DNA of 58,779 nucleotides from a virus (IMGVR_UViG_3300022851_000005:1-58779); one strand, 5' to 3'. Numbered from the stretch's first letter, positions 28,790 to 38,576 are shown. Notes: a model not told the origin generated them from the letters alone. A program made the numbers and translations.

Positions 28790-30406
28790 TTATCTCCTAT
28801 CCGAAGGCATAAAGGTTACATAGAACCCTGTGATTGTAAAAGGTGTTAAGGCATCTACGCCTGAAAATTGAAAGGAAGCACTGGTTCCAGAGCCTCTTAA
28901 ATTAATACGTTTATTAGGAGATACTGATGCTCCATAGGTCGCTGTACCATATACTGCTGTACCATAGTAGCTAGGGTAAACTACAGTACCTACATCTTGG
29001 AGAGCTGGTTGAATCTTTAAAGGTGTAGAGAAATCATAAGTAACCCTCATCTTAATGTCAGAAGCCCCTTCAGGCTTTACAGACAATAACATATAATGAA
29101 GAGTCTTTAGCATACCAGCATCTCCGAAGTCTATATCAGGAGTACTATAAGCATATCTAATATTAACATTATTAAATGTATCACCTACATCGTGAGAGTA
29201 TACATAGCCATCTAAGTCTCCATGATAGGTTTTCTCTATTCCTAAATTATCATAGTATGAGGCTATAGATGATACTTCAATACCTTTAGTCTCTGACCAC
29301 TCATAGTTTAAAGATCCTGTCTGAGAGTCTAATCTTAATGTACCTATAATTCCTTTTTGTGTAGTTGATTCATTATTTTCATTAGTATAGAATAATCTAT
29401 ATTGGTTTTTATTCCTTATAACACAGCTAGTAAATATAAATGAATCACTGTTTCTAATAATACTAAGAACTAAAGGCTGGATCTTTTTACTTAAAGTCCC
29501 TATCTCTGTATCATCAATCCGTGCTGTCCCTGCTATAGTCCTAAAACCATCATTAGCAAGGAAGATAAGATCACCTCCTACTTCTTGAATTGTATAACCA
29601 CTAACGCAGCCTATATTGTTAGTAACCTGATCCACTCTAATATTTGTTGGGTCATTTATATTCACTAGTTTATATATACTATTTTCACAAAAGATCATAA
29701 GCTCTGTACGGAAACTCTTAATACCTACAATCTTATCATTGATTACGACACTACCAGATCCAGTACCTGAAAAATCACCATCATCGTTATTAGCGCTGTA
29801 ATATAATGTACTTGGAGCATTCGTAGTATCTACTAAGCATAAATGCTTCTCATGTTCTTCTAAATATAAAGCAGCGGCAGGGGTACTTACCTCTTCATAG
29901 TGATAAGTCCTAGATCCTCCTGTACCTTCTATTCTAAACCTAGCAAGCTTATTAGGGCCTGTAGCTATACTAAGACTACCATAAGTAGTCGATGTCCTAC
30001 CTGCTGGGGCTGTCATCATAATGAATTGGGCCCTTCCTTGTACTGGTCTATCTAAAGCCGCTGTACCGGGCATCTGAGCTAAAGTCTTACCACCACTAGT
30101 TGTGTCTTTATTAACCTGTAACCAAGTAATACCGTCTTCAGAGTAGTAAACACTTGTATCTACGCATACTATGACTCCTAATCCATAAGGATATATTCCT
30201 AATATTTTATTAGATGATTCAGGTCTAGTAGACGACCCCTCACCAAATAATGTAAAGCCATTTATTCTTCTATACCCACCACTTAGAGCTACTTCAAAGT
30301 TAACTAACTTAGTAGCTACATTAGGAGTACGTAGTAATTCATAGGCACTACTGATTAAATCTAGGCCTCCTGAAGATACTGCGGTATAGGGTTGCATTTC
30401 AGGCAT
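28790..30406 (-). CDS. Tail tubular/nozzle (P22 gp10 / T7 gp12-like) protein
   Basis: GGL, NFE...GGYRRING, GCV...IQEVGGDLIFLA.DG; position after adaptor. Confidence 0.75.
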   Translation of the reverse strand: MPEMQPYTAVSSGGLDLISSAYELLRTPNVATKLVNFEVALSGGYRRINGFTLFGEGSSTRPESSNKILGIYPYGLGVIVCVDTSVYYSEDGITWLQVNKDTTSGGKTLAQMPGTAALDRPVQGRAQFIMMTAPAGRTSTTYGSLSIATGPNKLARFRIEGTGGSRTYHYEEVSTPAAALYLEEHEKHLCLVDTTNAPSTLYYSANNDDGDFSGTGSGSVVINDKIVGIKSFRTELMIFCENSIYKLVNINDPTNIRVDQVTNNIGCVSGYTIQEVGGDLIFLANDGFRTIAGTARIDDTEIGTLSKKIQPLVLSIIRNSDSFIFTSCVIRNKNQYRLFYTNENNESTTQKGIIGTLRLDSQTGSLNYEWSETKGIEVSSIASYYDNLGIEKTYHGDLDGYVYSHDVGDTFNNVNIRYAYSTPDIDFGDAGMLKTLHYMLLSVKPEGASDIKMRVTYDFSTPLKIQPALQDVGTVVYPSYYGTAVYGTATYGASVSPNKRINLRGSGTSASFQFSGVDALTPFTITGFYVTFMPSDRR

Positions 30407-31170
30407 TAAAACTTGATCCTGTCATCATGTATATCATCAGGAGTAGAGTCGATTAGGTTTGTTCTCATCTTCCCTAAAGCCTTCTCATACTTCTTAGTAG
30501 CCATAGAGACCTGTATAGGATCTGCTTTAAATCCCCACATAGGAACTCTTGCGCCTGCGTAGAGAACATTAACCCATCTATCAGGTATAACTAACTGATC
30601 ACTGTGTAGTACTAAGGCAGTAGGTATTGTCCAAGCACTAAAGTATATTCTATATACTGCGTCAGGTATAGGAGACAGTCCAAAGTACCTTGTGTCAGCA
30701 CTTCTTATTACTCTACTAGGTAAATTATATTCATTATTACCTGAAGTTATACTCTCTATATCTTGTTCTTTAAAGAATAAAGACCATCTGTCTTCATCCA
30801 TATAATTTAGGTTCTGATGTTCATAAGGAGCACTAGCCCCTGCTACACCATAGTCGGTAAGATGGAATGTATCCCAATCCACCGACTTAAAATCTGTTCG
30901 TATATCTGCTGATCCTGTCTTTAATAGGTACCACTGTTGACCTATTACGCTCTCAACATATAATGAGCCTCTAAAGGGCTCTTCAGGGTTTCCTTCTATA
31001 AGGAAAGGCCACTGCTCTTCGTCGTTTACTATATCTAAGTAGGATTCATTCACTGCGTCCTTTACAGTAGCGTGAATACCTACAGCACTAGAGAAATTAC
31101 TTGCGCTTAGTTCTACTTCATTATACTCTCTGAGTAGTTTATTAGTTGCTTGTAGGAATGTAGTCGCCAT
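30406..31170 (-). CDS. Tail adaptor (tubular protein A-like)
   Basis: TFL..TN.LL...NEV, WPF, P.PD.VY; follows capsid gene. Confidence 0.75.
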   Translation of the reverse strand: MATTFLQATNKLLREYNEVELSASNFSSAVGIHATVKDAVNESYLDIVNDEEQWPFLIEGNPEEPFRGSLYVESVIGQQWYLLKTGSADIRTDFKSVDWDTFHLTDYGVAGASAPYEHQNLNYMDEDRWSLFFKEQDIESITSGNNEYNLPSRVIRSADTRYFGLSPIPDAVYRIYFSAWTIPTALVLHSDQLVIPDRWVNVLYAGARVPMWGFKADPIQVSMATKKYEKALGKMRTNLIDSTPDDIHDDRIKF

Positions 31171-31187
31171 TTAGATCCTATAAATAT

Positions 31188-31211
31188 AAAAAAGCCCCTC
31201 CGAAGAGAGGC
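31188..31211 (-). terminator. Intrinsic terminator after major capsid gene
   Basis: GCCTCTC-TTCG-GAGGGGC followed by T6 on the - strand. Confidence 0.85.
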
Positions 31212-31226
31212 CCTGTTTAAACGCTA

Positions 31227-32216
31227 TTAGGCGTCGGTAGTGATAGTCCAAAAGATCTTAACGAGTGCATTGTGTCGAAGTACTTTACGTCCGTAGACAT
31301 GAAGACCTCGGCATAAATCACCGAAAGAATTCTGGTGCCGAAGTGTTTCGACATTAAGGATCGTACCTGCTGTTGATACAGCGGACATATGACCTGCTAA
31401 GGCTACGTCTGCATTAGAACCAGCAGTAATGTTGTTGGACTTGTACATCTTGAAGCCGCGAAGCAAACCAGATGTTACTAGACCATTACGCAAAGAACCT
31501 TGACCAGCATTGTAATCAACACTCATCAGCTTCGAAGCGCTTTGAGACAAGATCTCATAGAACTGAGGCTTAGCAACAAACCAGCGATCTTCCTCTGGTA
31601 CGTTGTTGTCGTCTAGTTCACGAGCTGCTCTAGCAATTACGTCTAGAGGATCACTTGAATCAGCAGCAGTAGTGTCAATGTTTACAGCTTCAGTCGCACC
31701 TCCATCAATAGTGGCAAGAGAACCAGCAGTAGCGTCGTCAGCACCAATTACAGTACTACCATTACCGGCAGTTGCTTGTGTGCTAATGTACGATAGGACG
31801 TTAGTGTCCATCTGGTCTTTAAGAGCGTAAGCTGCGGCACTGGCTGCAACTTCCTTGAAGTTAACATGGGACATACGTGTTTCAATATCATCTACGATGA
31901 ACTTAAAAGCGCGTGCTTGGTCAACAACGAGGGTTAACTCTTGGTCTGACAAAAGTGTTTGAGTTGTATCATCACCACGAGTGTAGTCGTAGGTAGTGAT
32001 AGTTGGTTCTTTGATGATGTTTACAGTATCACCGAATGATGCGATTTCGCCCGAATAATCAGTGTTAGTAATACCTTCTACTACCGAAGCCTTTCGAAAA
32101 AAGTTTTGAACCTTTTTAGAATAAACCGAAGGTAGAAAGAAAGTATTAGTCTGACCACTGATTGCGGAGTCAAAATTCGAAATACTCGGGGTACTGGCTT
32201 CTTCAAATTGAGCCAT
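31227..32216 (-). CDS. Major capsid protein
   Basis: FLP.VYS, ITNTDYSGEI..FGDTVNI, LD..NVP..R, GLHVYGRKVLR; follows scaffold. Confidence 0.92.
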   Translation of the reverse strand: MAQFEEASTPSISNFDSAISGQTNTFFLPSVYSKKVQNFFRKASVVEGITNTDYSGEIASFGDTVNIIKEPTITTYDYTRGDDTTQTLLSDQELTLVVDQARAFKFIVDDIETRMSHVNFKEVAASAAAYALKDQMDTNVLSYISTQATAGNGSTVIGADDATAGSLATIDGGATEAVNIDTTAADSSDPLDVIARAARELDDNNVPEEDRWFVAKPQFYEILSQSASKLMSVDYNAGQGSLRNGLVTSGLLRGFKMYKSNNITAGSNADVALAGHMSAVSTAGTILNVETLRHQNSFGDLCRGLHVYGRKVLRHNALVKIFWTITTDA

Positions 32217-32239
32217 TGTAGTTTCCTAAGTTATTAAAA

Positions 32240-33049
32240 TTAACCTCTCACAAAAAGGCCTTCTGCAATCGCTATGTCAATCTCCTCTTCATATCTTTCG
32301 AATTGAGCAGGACTTAACTTATTGATTTCAGATTCTCTCCAAACTTTCTTTTCAGGTCTAGTATCAGATCCTGAGTTACGAGTAGGAAGTAAGGTTGCTG
32401 CTTCCTCATCTAGATTTGGACGGCCAGTGTCTTGAACGGTTCCTGTAACGATACCCTTCTCAGATTTGTATAGGCTAATAGCTTTAGCGGCTTTACTACC
32501 ATCATACGGATTCTTATAAATCCAATCCTGAATAAACTCTTCTTGAGCGTTGGCCCAATCGTGAAAATTCTGATCAACCTTAATGGAATCAAAATCAGGA
32601 TGGATACTTCTGATCTCAGCTTGAGCTTCTCTAGCAAGGATTTTACTCTCACGTTCGTCGAGTCGCTGGACTTTATCATTAGTATCTGAAGTCCTGTTAT
32701 GGATCTCAGTCTCTAAGACTGCATAGATCTCAGGGTTCTTTTCTTTGAACTCTGCAATCTCTTCAGCCGTCTTAGGCGGTTGGTATACTGGTACTTGGGC
32801 TTGAGCTTCTGCTTTCACCTGCTTGAGTTCCTGTTGAAGATCACGTAGTTTGTTGTCGTGATGCTTCTTCAGTTCATCATACCGTACTTTGTAAGGGTCG
32901 TCCTTAGCATTTAGATTGGCCGAGTTATCGGGGTCTACTTGCTTAGGGCTCGTAGGGTTAAAAAGCGAATCAGAGCTTACAAACTCTTCTTCATCTACGT
33001 TCTGCCATTCCTTACTTCTATTATAAGGGTTAGCTACTTCGTCGTTCAT
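32240..33049 (-). CDS. Scaffolding protein
   Basis: YK.RY.ELKKH coiled coil, HPDF, FHDW, C-terminal EI..AI.EG; between portal and capsid. Confidence 0.8.
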   Translation of the reverse strand: MNDEVANPYNRSKEWQNVDEEEFVSSDSLFNPTSPKQVDPDNSANLNAKDDPYKVRYDELKKHHDNKLRDLQQELKQVKAEAQAQVPVYQPPKTAEEIAEFKEKNPEIYAVLETEIHNRTSDTNDKVQRLDERESKILAREAQAEIRSIHPDFDSIKVDQNFHDWANAQEEFIQDWIYKNPYDGSKAAKAISLYKSEKGIVTGTVQDTGRPNLDEEAATLLPTRNSGSDTRPEKKVWRESEINKLSPAQFERYEEEIDIAIAEGLFVRG

Positions 33050-33167
33050 ACTATCTCCTAGTGGGGCTTATTCTAAAGTTTGGCTCTATCACACTTGCAC
33101 AAGCGGAATAGAGGGACTTTAGTCTTAAGTTGGCCTCAGAGTTTAAAATTTCTTAGGATGTGCCGTC

Positions 33168-33533
33168 CTAAGCCATAGATGTCCCAGAAGCTTTCGCTTC
33201 ATTATGCATCCGTTCTAAGTTCTCAACGCCTATCACCTGTACGGCTTCAGCGCTAAAAACGAATTCTCCATCAGAAAGCCTAGCAGGTATAGAATCACTT
33301 GTTCCGTCTCCTGGGCCTTCTATTGCACCGTCCTTAGAGACCTCTATAGCTCTCATAACAACGGTTTCAAATATCTGTTCTAATTTAGGATCATTAGATA
33401 TAATGTTCATCAAGTACATCTGGGAGTCTTGATCTAAATTCTCATCAAGGAAGTAATCAATAGCTTGGTCTTCAATCGTACTATCAGGCTCAATAGCCAT
33501 CTTCGTCTGGGGGTTTGATTGCATTTCTGACAT
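33168..33533 (-). CDS. Small protein with GPGDGTSDSIPARLSDGEFV domain
   Basis: Motif usually seen embedded in tape-measure-like virion proteins; here stand-alone. Confidence 0.7.
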   Translation of the reverse strand: MSEMQSNPQTKMAIEPDSTIEDQAIDYFLDENLDQDSQMYLMNIISNDPKLEQIFETVVMRAIEVSKDGAIEGPGDGTSDSIPARLSDGEFVFSAEAVQVIGVENLERMHNEAKASGTSMA

Positions 33534-33723
33534 TAACTTCTATATCCTCTAACTTACCCAGAAAAACTAGGGCTGCTTGGATCGACAGGAACTCTTGGTG
33601 AGATGTTGCCGTCACCAGCTTCTGATGCTCCAGATGCTTGAGCTTCTGTGCCCATTCCATTAGGTTGTCCCATGCCGGGTTGTTGACCAGCGGGGCCAGC
33701 CCCTGCGCCTCCTTGAGTTCCAT
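33490..33723 (-). CDS. Small helical protein overprinted on the portal 3' end
   Basis: RBS aggag 7 nt before ATG; LVNNPAWD.L...H.KL...QA pattern. Confidence 0.65.
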   Translation of the reverse strand: MELKEAQGLAPLVNNPAWDNLMEWAQKLKHLEHQKLVTATSHQEFLSIQAALVFLGKLEDIEVNVRNAIKPPDEDGY

Positions 33724-35713
33724 TCTGTGCTCCTAAAACTGCTTGAGCTATTGCTATCTCCTCAGGCGTATTTAATAATTCTCTAGGGTCTAAATCTATA
33801 CTATGAGCAAACTCTTTAATTAGAGTAGACATCCTTACATACGGAGCTACTGCTGGGTTAGCTGCTGTCTGCATGAACATAGTGAGTCTTTGAGACCTTA
33901 CTTCTTTCTGCATAAGAGAAGAGGTACCTAAAGCTCTAACTTCTAGATCCTGCTTAATTCCTAATTTACCTCTAAAGAACTGCTGATTCCATCTAAAGAG
34001 ATCAACGCCTAAAGGTTTAAATAAGAAGTCATCTGTATTTTTAACAATAGTTTTTATGTTTAATGAAGCAGCTCCCATTAGCATAGACATGCCAGATGCT
34101 GTTCTAGTCATAGATCCTACGCCTGTATCACCATGAGAGTAGCTAGGGATACCTGTCTGTTCATCAGCTAGTTGTCGTGCTTTATCAAACATAGCTAGGT
34201 TTTCATTTGATGTATTAGGAAACTTAATTCCCATTACTGCTGGCTTATCTGAGCCTGCTTGTCGTCTGAATACTTTGCCGGGATATATTTTAGTAGATTG
34301 ACCTGCTACTAAAGCTGTCTCGTCGATATCAAATATCATTGAACCACTAAGCGCTAGGTTATCTATAGCCATACGCATATGGCCGTTCATTAAGGCTTGA
34401 GAGTCTGACATGTTTTCAGCTACTCCTATACCCCAAATGCTATAAGGATTTCTTTCGTAAGGGCAAGCATGATAAGGAAGTCTTGCAGGGATGAAAGGGT
34501 TGACTACACCTCTTAACATCTGATCGCCACATATCCATACGTTTACTTGTACTTCGTCTAAATCATCTACAGAGTCAGGCACCTTAATACCCATCTCTCT
34601 AGCTGCATCAGCATCAATAGTTCCCCAATACTCTAAGACTTCAAAGCGATTAGATCCTATAGAGGTTGTATCAGAGGAGTCATCAGCTCGTATAGTATAC
34701 TCAAAGTCCTGTACTTCGTAGTTAGGGCCGTCTTGTAATACTTTCCTTAGAGCCTCTTTATCAAAATTAGGAAGACGAACTAGTCCTCTTACCTCTGAAC
34801 GAGTCATCTTTCTTCTTTGTATTAGATAATCACAATCTTCAATAGTAGTACAATGAGGATCTGGATACATATCCCAACAAGAAACAAATTCTATTCTTGG
34901 TACTCGTACATTAACTGGCTGATAGGTTCTAACCCCCTCTTCATCTTCTACCCAGTTATGTAGTACTTTATTATAATTGAAAGGGCCTTTAATCCAGCCA
35001 GTACCTAATAGGCACATTTCAAATATAGTACTTCTAATTTCTGTCTCACCATTAGATTCTTGTATCTGATCGTGAATAAGCTTTTGAAGCTGTCTAGCTG
35101 CTTGCTTAGCTAGGTTTACTTCTGGTACATCAGGAGAGGGTGAAGCACCTTCTTTTAATACAGGGCCTTCAGGACTAGAGTATTTCTCTTCAGAGTCTTT
35201 AAGGAACTTAGTAGCACTTCTAAACGTAGCACCGGGAGCTAATGTTTTACCATCTCCATTGTAGCCTACATCGAAAGGATTCTCTACAATATCTTCTTGG
35301 GTATCTTCTGGTAACTCTACTTGAGTCTCACCATTAGTCTTTAGATGAGCACGCTCTGAAGCCCCTTCAGGAACCTCTGTCTCTTGTATTCCTATAGGAA
35401 ACTGACCAGTACCAAATAGAACATCTATTAGCATACCATAAGCAGCTAATACTTTAGTCTTAGTAACCTTAATGAATACTCTAGACTTTTCATGTTCTCT
35501 AAACTTTACATTCTTTCCGTACTCACCACGGTAATTCTGGTAAGCACTAAGCATATGACGCTCTTTGACCTCTCGGCCTCGCGCTGCTTCTTCGAACCTA
35601 GACTTTATCTCGCCTATTAGAGTCCTCTCAACCTGCTCATCTAACTTTAATTGATGAGATTCTTGATCATCTTCTGGTTGGAATATAAAACTGGAATCTA
35701 CTAAATTAGACAT
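33554..35713 (-). CDS. Portal protein
   Basis: GTG.IKGP, WDMYPDP, PY..WGIGVAE, DN..LS, RTASGMSML; follows terminase. Confidence 0.9.
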   Translation of the reverse strand: MSNLVDSSFIFQPEDDQESHQLKLDEQVERTLIGEIKSRFEEAARGREVKERHMLSAYQNYRGEYGKNVKFREHEKSRVFIKVTKTKVLAAYGMLIDVLFGTGQFPIGIQETEVPEGASERAHLKTNGETQVELPEDTQEDIVENPFDVGYNGDGKTLAPGATFRSATKFLKDSEEKYSSPEGPVLKEGASPSPDVPEVNLAKQAARQLQKLIHDQIQESNGETEIRSTIFEMCLLGTGWIKGPFNYNKVLHNWVEDEEGVRTYQPVNVRVPRIEFVSCWDMYPDPHCTTIEDCDYLIQRRKMTRSEVRGLVRLPNFDKEALRKVLQDGPNYEVQDFEYTIRADDSSDTTSIGSNRFEVLEYWGTIDADAAREMGIKVPDSVDDLDEVQVNVWICGDQMLRGVVNPFIPARLPYHACPYERNPYSIWGIGVAENMSDSQALMNGHMRMAIDNLALSGSMIFDIDETALVAGQSTKIYPGKVFRRQAGSDKPAVMGIKFPNTSNENLAMFDKARQLADEQTGIPSYSHGDTGVGSMTRTASGMSMLMGAASLNIKTIVKNTDDFLFKPLGVDLFRWNQQFFRGKLGIKQDLEVRALGTSSLMQKEVRSQRLTMFMQTAANPAVAPYVRMSTLIKEFAHSIDLDPRELLNTPEEIAIAQAVLGAQNGTQGGAGAGPAGQQPGMGQPNGMGTEAQASGASEAGDGNISPRVPVDPSSPSFSG

Positions 35714-35731
35714 TTATACTAATCTTTACCT

Positions 35732-35962
35732 TTAAAGGGGCTTAGAAGTAGAGCGAAATCCGCTTTTGTCCATTGCGTCCATTCGGGATACATTAGACTC
35801 TAGGGAATTACCTTGAGGGCCTTTAGTAACACCATCACCATTCATGCTTTTATATTTAGGGTCTCCTTGGGCAACGGGAGTATTGGTTCCGCCTCGCATA
35901 GTTTTTGCGGTGTCCATTGATACTCCGTTACCGCCGGGAGACTTAATTTCGTTATATTCCAT
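35732..35962 (-). CDS. Hypothetical protein
   Basis: RBS aaggt; between terL and portal. Confidence 0.6.
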   Translation of the reverse strand: MEYNEIKSPGGNGVSMDTAKTMRGGTNTPVAQGDPKYKSMNGDGVTKGPQGNSLESNVSRMDAMDKSGFRSTSKPL

Positions 35963-35985
35963 TTAATTAACCTTGCAAGTTTAAT

Positions 35986-37794
35986 TTAATATCCGAACAC
36001 GCTATCAGCGGGCTCTTGGTATTCTGATTTGAATCGTGCCATCCTTTGCATATGTCCTTCCATTCTAGGTCGGCTCATTATAAGATACCTTAAGGCATCA
36101 TAGGCATGATCTGGCGCATTAGTATCTACATCCTCTGGATCGTTCTTAGCAGAGGGTAGAGCTTGTAATTCTTTTATAAGGTTTGGGCAAGATGAGAATA
36201 TTTGCATCTTAGGTCTTCCAGTAGTGGCTATTGCTAACCTCTCATGGAATTGTATCTTACCAGCCTTTCTGTTTTTATCAGCTCTTCTTAGCTTATGTCC
36301 CATAGATACTAGTACTTCACCAACTGTAGGGCCTTTAAAGCCTCCTCCAGATTGATTCCATGCTGCACCGTCTAGGACTCCTTGGACACTCCTTATGTCA
36401 GGAAGTTCCATCTCTCTCATTATAGCACCTAATTGAGAACCTGTCAAGCCTTTTTTGTATAATTCTCTATATATAATCAGGGTGCCGTCTTCTGGATCTA
36501 CTGCTGCCCATATACAGGCGCTCTCAGCGGCATAGCCATAGTCTACTCCTTTATACCTTTCCCAATGAGCAGGTAGTTCAAATGGAGGTATTACATGAGA
36601 TGTAGGGTCAAACTCAGGAAAAGCTGCTCCTTCAGTAACGTCCCAGTTACCTTCTAGTAACTGTTGTCTTAATACAGGAGGCAAAGATGCTAATGTCATC
36701 TCATACTGCCCTGAGTCTAAGTAGGGGTTATCCTTTAGCTTTGAAGGGATAAAGCGCCTAGTTACATACATGATACTACCATCTAGCATCTTAACAGGAC
36801 TACCAAAGGTCTCATTAGCTGGTGCAGGGTCAATGAACATCTTCTTAACCCAATGCCCTCCTGCTCCTCCGGGGTTAGCTGTAGCTCTCATAGCCACTTC
36901 TATACCTGTACCCGAAGCGTCACGTAAACGACTGAATAGATAATTCCAGCAGAATGCAGTAGGCCACTGAGTTAATTCATCAAAGCCTATCCAAGTATAT
37001 GCTTGCCCTTGATACCTATAGACATCACTATCCTTTTCACAGAAACCAAACTCTAATTTAGCCCCTGAAGGGAATGTCCATGTGTTCGTCATTATTTTAA
37101 AAACAGAACCCGGAAAAGCTTTACGATATAACTCATGGGATTTATCAATTAATTCCCTCAGCTCAGGCATAGTACGTCTAATAAGGAGGGCTTTAGCATG
37201 TTTGAAGCTCATTTGTCTAAGAGGGTCTACTAGCATACCATAACTTTTACCTCCTCCTGCTGCTCCTCCAAATAAGACTTGAAGTTCTCCTGCTGATAAG
37301 AAGTCCTCTTGAGGCCCTTTATTAGCTTTAAAGACAATCTCAGATTGGTTCTGAGCTAGTTGATCTCTTACACTCTGAGGAAGTCTATCAAGCTCTTCAT
37401 GAGATACTATACTATCTTTAGCATTACCATCTAGACGAGCTAAAGCATTCTCTTTAGTCTTTATCTTACTAGCTGCTAATTTTACTTTAACCTGTAAAGC
37501 TGCCTTTACTTTCTTTTGTTGTCTTAGTTGAGCCTTAGCATCTTTCTTAGCCTGATCAGAACTATGAAGTATATTACCTCTACTACCATACTTCTTACCG
37601 GGGCGTCTTTGAGGTTCTCCATTTTTCTTTAATTTAAATTTACCCTCTATATCAGTAATATATAGTTCAGGGAATAGCTCCCATAGAGTAATAGAAGGGT
37701 CAGCCTCTAGGATTCTAAACTCAGAGGTCTTTATGTCTTTAAGGTCTTTAAGGAGTATTTCCTCTACTGTAGGTTTAATCTGGATACTCTCCAT
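35986..37794 (-). CDS. terL: Terminase large subunit with long N-terminal extension
   Basis: GGAAGGGKS, IGFDELT, ATANPGG, GVDYG, DHAYDALRY. Confidence 0.95.
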   Translation of the reverse strand: MESIQIKPTVEEILLKDLKDIKTSEFRILEADPSITLWELFPELYITDIEGKFKLKKNGEPQRRPGKKYGSRGNILHSSDQAKKDAKAQLRQQKKVKAALQVKVKLAASKIKTKENALARLDGNAKDSIVSHEELDRLPQSVRDQLAQNQSEIVFKANKGPQEDFLSAGELQVLFGGAAGGGKSYGMLVDPLRQMSFKHAKALLIRRTMPELRELIDKSHELYRKAFPGSVFKIMTNTWTFPSGAKLEFGFCEKDSDVYRYQGQAYTWIGFDELTQWPTAFCWNYLFSRLRDASGTGIEVAMRATANPGGAGGHWVKKMFIDPAPANETFGSPVKMLDGSIMYVTRRFIPSKLKDNPYLDSGQYEMTLASLPPVLRQQLLEGNWDVTEGAAFPEFDPTSHVIPPFELPAHWERYKGVDYGYAAESACIWAAVDPEDGTLIIYRELYKKGLTGSQLGAIMREMELPDIRSVQGVLDGAAWNQSGGGFKGPTVGEVLVSMGHKLRRADKNRKAGKIQFHERLAIATTGRPKMQIFSSCPNLIKELQALPSAKNDPEDVDTNAPDHAYDALRYLIMSRPRMEGHMQRMARFKSEYQEPADSVFGY

Positions 37795-38074
37795 TATGAA
37801 AGATAGGATGCTTCATAGTTTTAATCATTAACCTCAAGCCTTCATAGGTTATAACTTCACCACTAAATTCCTTTATAAATCTAGCAGCTTCTCTATACGA
37901 TACGCTTTTAAATGCTAAATACTCTAAAGCAGTCTCTAAGGCCTCTAGGGTGTCGTATACGGGGAGTATATAGGAAGGGTCATCAGGGTCTATAGTATAA
38001 CCAAAGGGTATCCTAGCGTGAAGCTTAGGCAGCTTAGAGAATGTACTAGATGCATATTTAGTACTTTTAGACAT
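37775..38074 (-). CDS. Small HTH-like DNA-binding protein (likely start ATG 38074)
   Basis: IPFGY...SYREAA......ITYEGLR; RBS gaaggag. Confidence 0.6.
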   Translation of the reverse strand: MSKSTKYASSTFSKLPKLHARIPFGYTIDPDDPSYILPVYDTLEALETALEYLAFKSVSYREAARFIKEFSGEVITYEGLRLMIKTMKHPIFHNGEYPD

Positions 38075-38483
38075 CCTCATAGTCTCCTTCAATAAAGTTA
38101 ACAGGCTTCTTATCAGGAAGAATAAAGACTCCTCCTTTAATCTCATGATTAACTTCCATTATTTGCTTCTTAGCATGCCCTGCTCTATCAAGTAAATCCT
38201 GAGCTACTGCTATCTTCTCCTTTAGGTTCATAGTAGGAGCATCATTGTCTAGGACATCTATTAAGGTCTTTAAAGCTTTAAGACTTGTATTAGATATAGT
38301 CTCTTCTGCTAAAGCAGTTATCTCCTTTCTTAAGGCTCTAGAGGCTACATAGGGTTCTGTATAGCCAGCAGCTATAGCGGCTTTAATAGGATCAAAGTTA
38401 CATGAAGGTAGATTATCTAATAGATCTACTTGTTTCTGGGTTAATCGTCTTTCAGTATAAGCATTAGTTGGTAAATAGTCCAT
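38067..38483 (-). CDS. terS: Putative terminase small subunit
   Basis: LTQKQ..LD, AAIAAGY, AQDLLDRAG, GGVFILPDK; first gene of packaging operon. Confidence 0.7.
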   Translation of the reverse strand: MDYLPTNAYTERRLTQKQVDLLDNLPSCNFDPIKAAIAAGYTEPYVASRALRKEITALAEETISNTSLKALKTLIDVLDNDAPTMNLKEKIAVAQDLLDRAGHAKKQIMEVNHEIKGGVFILPDKKPVNFIEGDYEDV

Positions 38484-38489
38484 ATAGCT

Positions 38490-38518
38490 ATTATACCTCT
38501 AAGTTACGGAACTGTCAA
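38490..38518 (-). promoter_or_regulatory. Perfect sigma70 promoter, leaderless, for terS
   Basis: TTGACA-17-TATAAT, then 6 nt (agctat), then ATG at 38483. Confidence 0.85.
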
Positions 38519-38547
38519 GTCTTAATTGCAAATAAATAAGAAATACC

Positions 38548-38576
38548 TTGACAAATCCTAAATCTACCTGTATACT
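38548..38576 (+). promoter_or_regulatory. sigma70 promoter firing into the non-coding repeat region
   Basis: TTGACA-17-TATACT, back-to-back with the terS promoter. Confidence 0.75.
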
